This document shows positions 62,176 through 64,000 of a DNA stretch of 64,000 bases, in pieces. The DNA is from an uncultured Pseudomonadota bacterium (GTDB lineage: Bacteria > Pseudomonadota > Alphaproteobacteria > RF32 > CAG-239). Each line of letters starts with the position of its first letter. The first letter of the stretch is position 1. The notes under the pieces were generated by a model. The model did not search any database. It was not told the origin of the DNA and saw nothing but the letters and a program-made list of their open reading frames with translations. The position numbers and the translations under genes are program-made. Location: NCBI GenBank assembly GCA_902793695.1, contig CADBEI010000010.1, positions 15,562-79,561 of the forward strand. Reading direction: 5' to 3'.

Positions 62176-62728
62176 CTTCTTTTAAAGTGTCGCCGCTATT
62201 TTTCAGGGCTCTTAAATCGGAGCGAAATTCTATAATAAGCACTGCCTGCCAAAACAGAAAGATGAGCGTCACAATGTCATCACACATACGGTTCTCGATA
62301 ATATCAACAAGCGCAAAAAGATAACCTTGCTCGGTTGTTACAAACAGCATTGCCGTTTCCCATGCAAACATAGAAATTCGTTTATCGATAATCGAAATTA
62401 AATTGTTGTTTTCATCATAAACAATATTTTGAACACGCTTTGTTTTGTATGAAAGATATTTTATTATAAACACCAAAGTGCAGATGAATATTTGAAGGAG
62501 AACGTTGTACCATATCCATTTTTTTTCGCAAATATTGTTAGGTACACCGGAAAAGTCATAATCATATTTAATCATATTCGGGATAGAATCCCAATACATA
62601 TAATATATTGCAATTTCTATGATAAGAACCGAAAAAGTTAAGATGATTGATAAAACTGTTCTGAATTTAATTCCTTTTAAAGTACTTCCGGATATCAGTA
62701 ACTTTAAAAATTGTATGAGAGAAGACAT
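62159..62728 (-). CDS. Hypothetical integral membrane protein (189 aa, about 4 TM)
   Basis: ORF plus hydrophobic segments. No recognisable motif. Confidence 0.45.
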   Translation of the reverse strand: MSSLIQFLKLLISGSTLKGIKFRTVLSIILTFSVLIIEIAIYYMYWDSIPNMIKYDYDFSGVPNNICEKKWIWYNVLLQIFICTLVFIIKYLSYKTKRVQNIVYDENNNLISIIDKRISMFAWETAMLFVTTEQGYLFALVDIIENRMCDDIVTLIFLFWQAVLIIEFRSDLRALKNSGDTLKEDKKRA

Positions 62729-62814
62729 ATTTCCTCCTGTTTTTTATGGTTCGCCCCCATAATATTGCAGAAAAAATAAAAAAACAAGAATATATTGACG
62801 TTTTGCGGTAACGG

Positions 62815-63330
62815 TTATCTGATATAAGGAAAAGTGTTTACGCCGTTATATAAAGTTATCATCAAGCCAAAATATACGCTGTGAACAAATTCACCAGATT
62901 GATATTTAGCATCTATTTCTTCTTTGGAACACCATTTAAGGTCGGAAACCTCTGTTTTATTGAAATTTATGTTCAAGGAAGAATCTGTTAATTCAACAAA
63001 ATAAACATCAACGAAGGCATATTTTTGCTTATAACATCCGGAAAACTTAAGTTGCTCCGGCCAAATGGTAACTTGCAACTCTTCAAAAAGTTCTCTGGTT
63101 GCAGCTTGCAAACTTGTTTCTCCGCTTTTAACAGCTCCTCCCGTAACTGACCATTTATCCGGATTATTTTTGCAATTGTGTGAACGTTTTTGAATGAGCC
63201 ATAAATCTTTGTGCTTTATCCAAATGTGTGTTGTTAAGTAATATTCTCCGTTATCAAACGGACCGTATTTATCAATCATTCGGCCTGTTTTTTGTTTTTG
63301 TTCGTTATATATATCAACCAATTCAACCAT
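62815..63330 (-). CDS. NUDIX hydrolase
   Basis: Nudix box GGAVKSGETSLQAATRELFEELQV. Confidence 0.8.
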   Translation of the reverse strand: MVELVDIYNEQKQKTGRMIDKYGPFDNGEYYLTTHIWIKHKDLWLIQKRSHNCKNNPDKWSVTGGAVKSGETSLQAATRELFEELQVTIWPEQLKFSGCYKQKYAFVDVYFVELTDSSLNINFNKTEVSDLKWCSKEEIDAKYQSGEFVHSVYFGLMITLYNGVNTFPYIR

Positions 63331-63337
63331 TTTAATT

Positions 63338-63934
63338 TCAGCAGAAAAAAGTACGTTTTAGCTTTGCTTGACCGTTCATATCAACTTCTACTTCAATTAT
63401 TGAAGTAGCCAAAATACTACGCGTTTTCTTTTTATTATCCCATACTTCACCTCGAAGTAAAGAATATAGTATATTGATATTGCTCCCGTGTGTCAGAACA
63501 ATAATATTACCATCGTTTTTGTTTGTAAGCTTCAATAATTTTGCAAATGCATCTTTAACTCTGTTATAAAACTCGCGCGGACTTTCGCCCTCCGGATAAT
63601 GTTGATCCATATCTAAATCATATAAATAAGTGTTCGGATATTTTTCTTTAGCTTCGGCACTAAGCATTCCGCTTATTTTCCCGTTATTAAGGCCGCGCCA
63701 CTCAATATCTTGAATCAGAGGTATATGGAGGACATTTGCCGTAGGTCTGATAGTGTTCACGGCACGACGTAAATCGCTTGTTATGATTGTTTTAATATTC
63801 AATGATAAGTTTTTTGCAAAATATCGTGCTAAAATATCAGCTTGCTTTTTTCCTTCATCTGTCAGATCAATGTCTGACCAGCCACCGATATAATTGTCAT
63901 CGTCTTGTGCGTGTCTAATAAAAAATATTTGCAT
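63338..63934 (-). CDS. Histidine phosphatase superfamily protein (phosphoglycerate mutase-like, branch 1)
   Basis: N-terminal IRHAQ...G (RHG-type catalytic His motif). 198 aa, typical of CobC or PhoE-like phosphatases. Confidence 0.7.
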   Translation of the reverse strand: MQIFFIRHAQDDDNYIGGWSDIDLTDEGKKQADILARYFAKNLSLNIKTIITSDLRRAVNTIRPTANVLHIPLIQDIEWRGLNNGKISGMLSAEAKEKYPNTYLYDLDMDQHYPEGESPREFYNRVKDAFAKLLKLTNKNDGNIIVLTHGSNINILYSLLRGEVWDNKKKTRSILATSIIEVEVDMNGQAKLKRTFFC

Positions 63935-64000
63935 AGATTCAAACTTTCCATATAATAAGATTGTTACCTATATACTATACTTTACGAATTTGTAAGATGC

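Noticed and set aside
1-64000. Transposases, IS elements, restriction-modification, toxin-antitoxin or other defence operons
   Set aside because: No ORF shows DDE or HTH transposase, methyltransferase, endonuclease or canonical TA motifs. The only mobile-element-like feature is the short palindromic insert at 41.8 kb.

Overview
This is a low-GC (about 38-42%) bacterial chromosome segment that looks alphaproteobacterial and host-associated. That guess rests on the style of rpoA, rplC and Rho, a psd-pssA pair, a Tim44-MltA-Smr cluster, ATP12, AmpG and giant autotransporters with ankyrin-like modules; it is inference only. The core of the window is a near-complete S10-spc ribosomal protein operon, rpsJ to rplO at 33.0-42.4 kb on the + strand. 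The alpha segment (secY-adk-rpsM-rpsK-rpoA) follows inverted on the - strand at 43.8-47.9 kb. infA, rpmJ and rplQ are absent from the window. Housekeeping genes around it are dusB, trkA, psd, pssA, acyP, rluC, rarA, ampG, dnaQ, coaE, rho, mltA, secB, trmL, dgkA, trmB, alaS and adk. Three tRNAs are present: tRNA-Leu(TAA) and a tandem pair of tRNA-Val genes inside 77-bp direct repeats. The accessory content is dominated by very large secreted or surface proteins. One is a 2258-aa autotransporter-like protein at 4.5-11.3 kb. At 50.9-62.1 kb sits a cluster of a secreted 161-aa protein, a membrane protein, a 1442-aa protein whose N-terminus resembles a prepilin or TadE/Flp-type class III signal, a 1441-aa autotransporter carrying an HEVMH zinc-metallopeptidase motif, and a phage-lambda Bor/Iss-family lipoprotein. 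Four conserved genes are interrupted. rho has lost about 55 nt near its 3' end, with the conserved C-terminus continuing in the +1 frame. rplW has lost about 44 nt internally. alaS is frameshifted in a G4 run and rarA in a T5/A5 run. I cannot tell from sequence alone whether these are assembly or homopolymer errors or genuine gene decay. I found no CRISPR array, transposase or obvious defence operon. The candidates I rank highest for novelty are the pilin-like giant protein plus metalloprotease autotransporter cluster, the inverted ribosomal segment with a repeat-containing secreted protein at its breakpoint, the small higher-GC islet abutting the tandem tRNA-Val genes, and the MITE-like palindromic insertion between rpmD and rplO.
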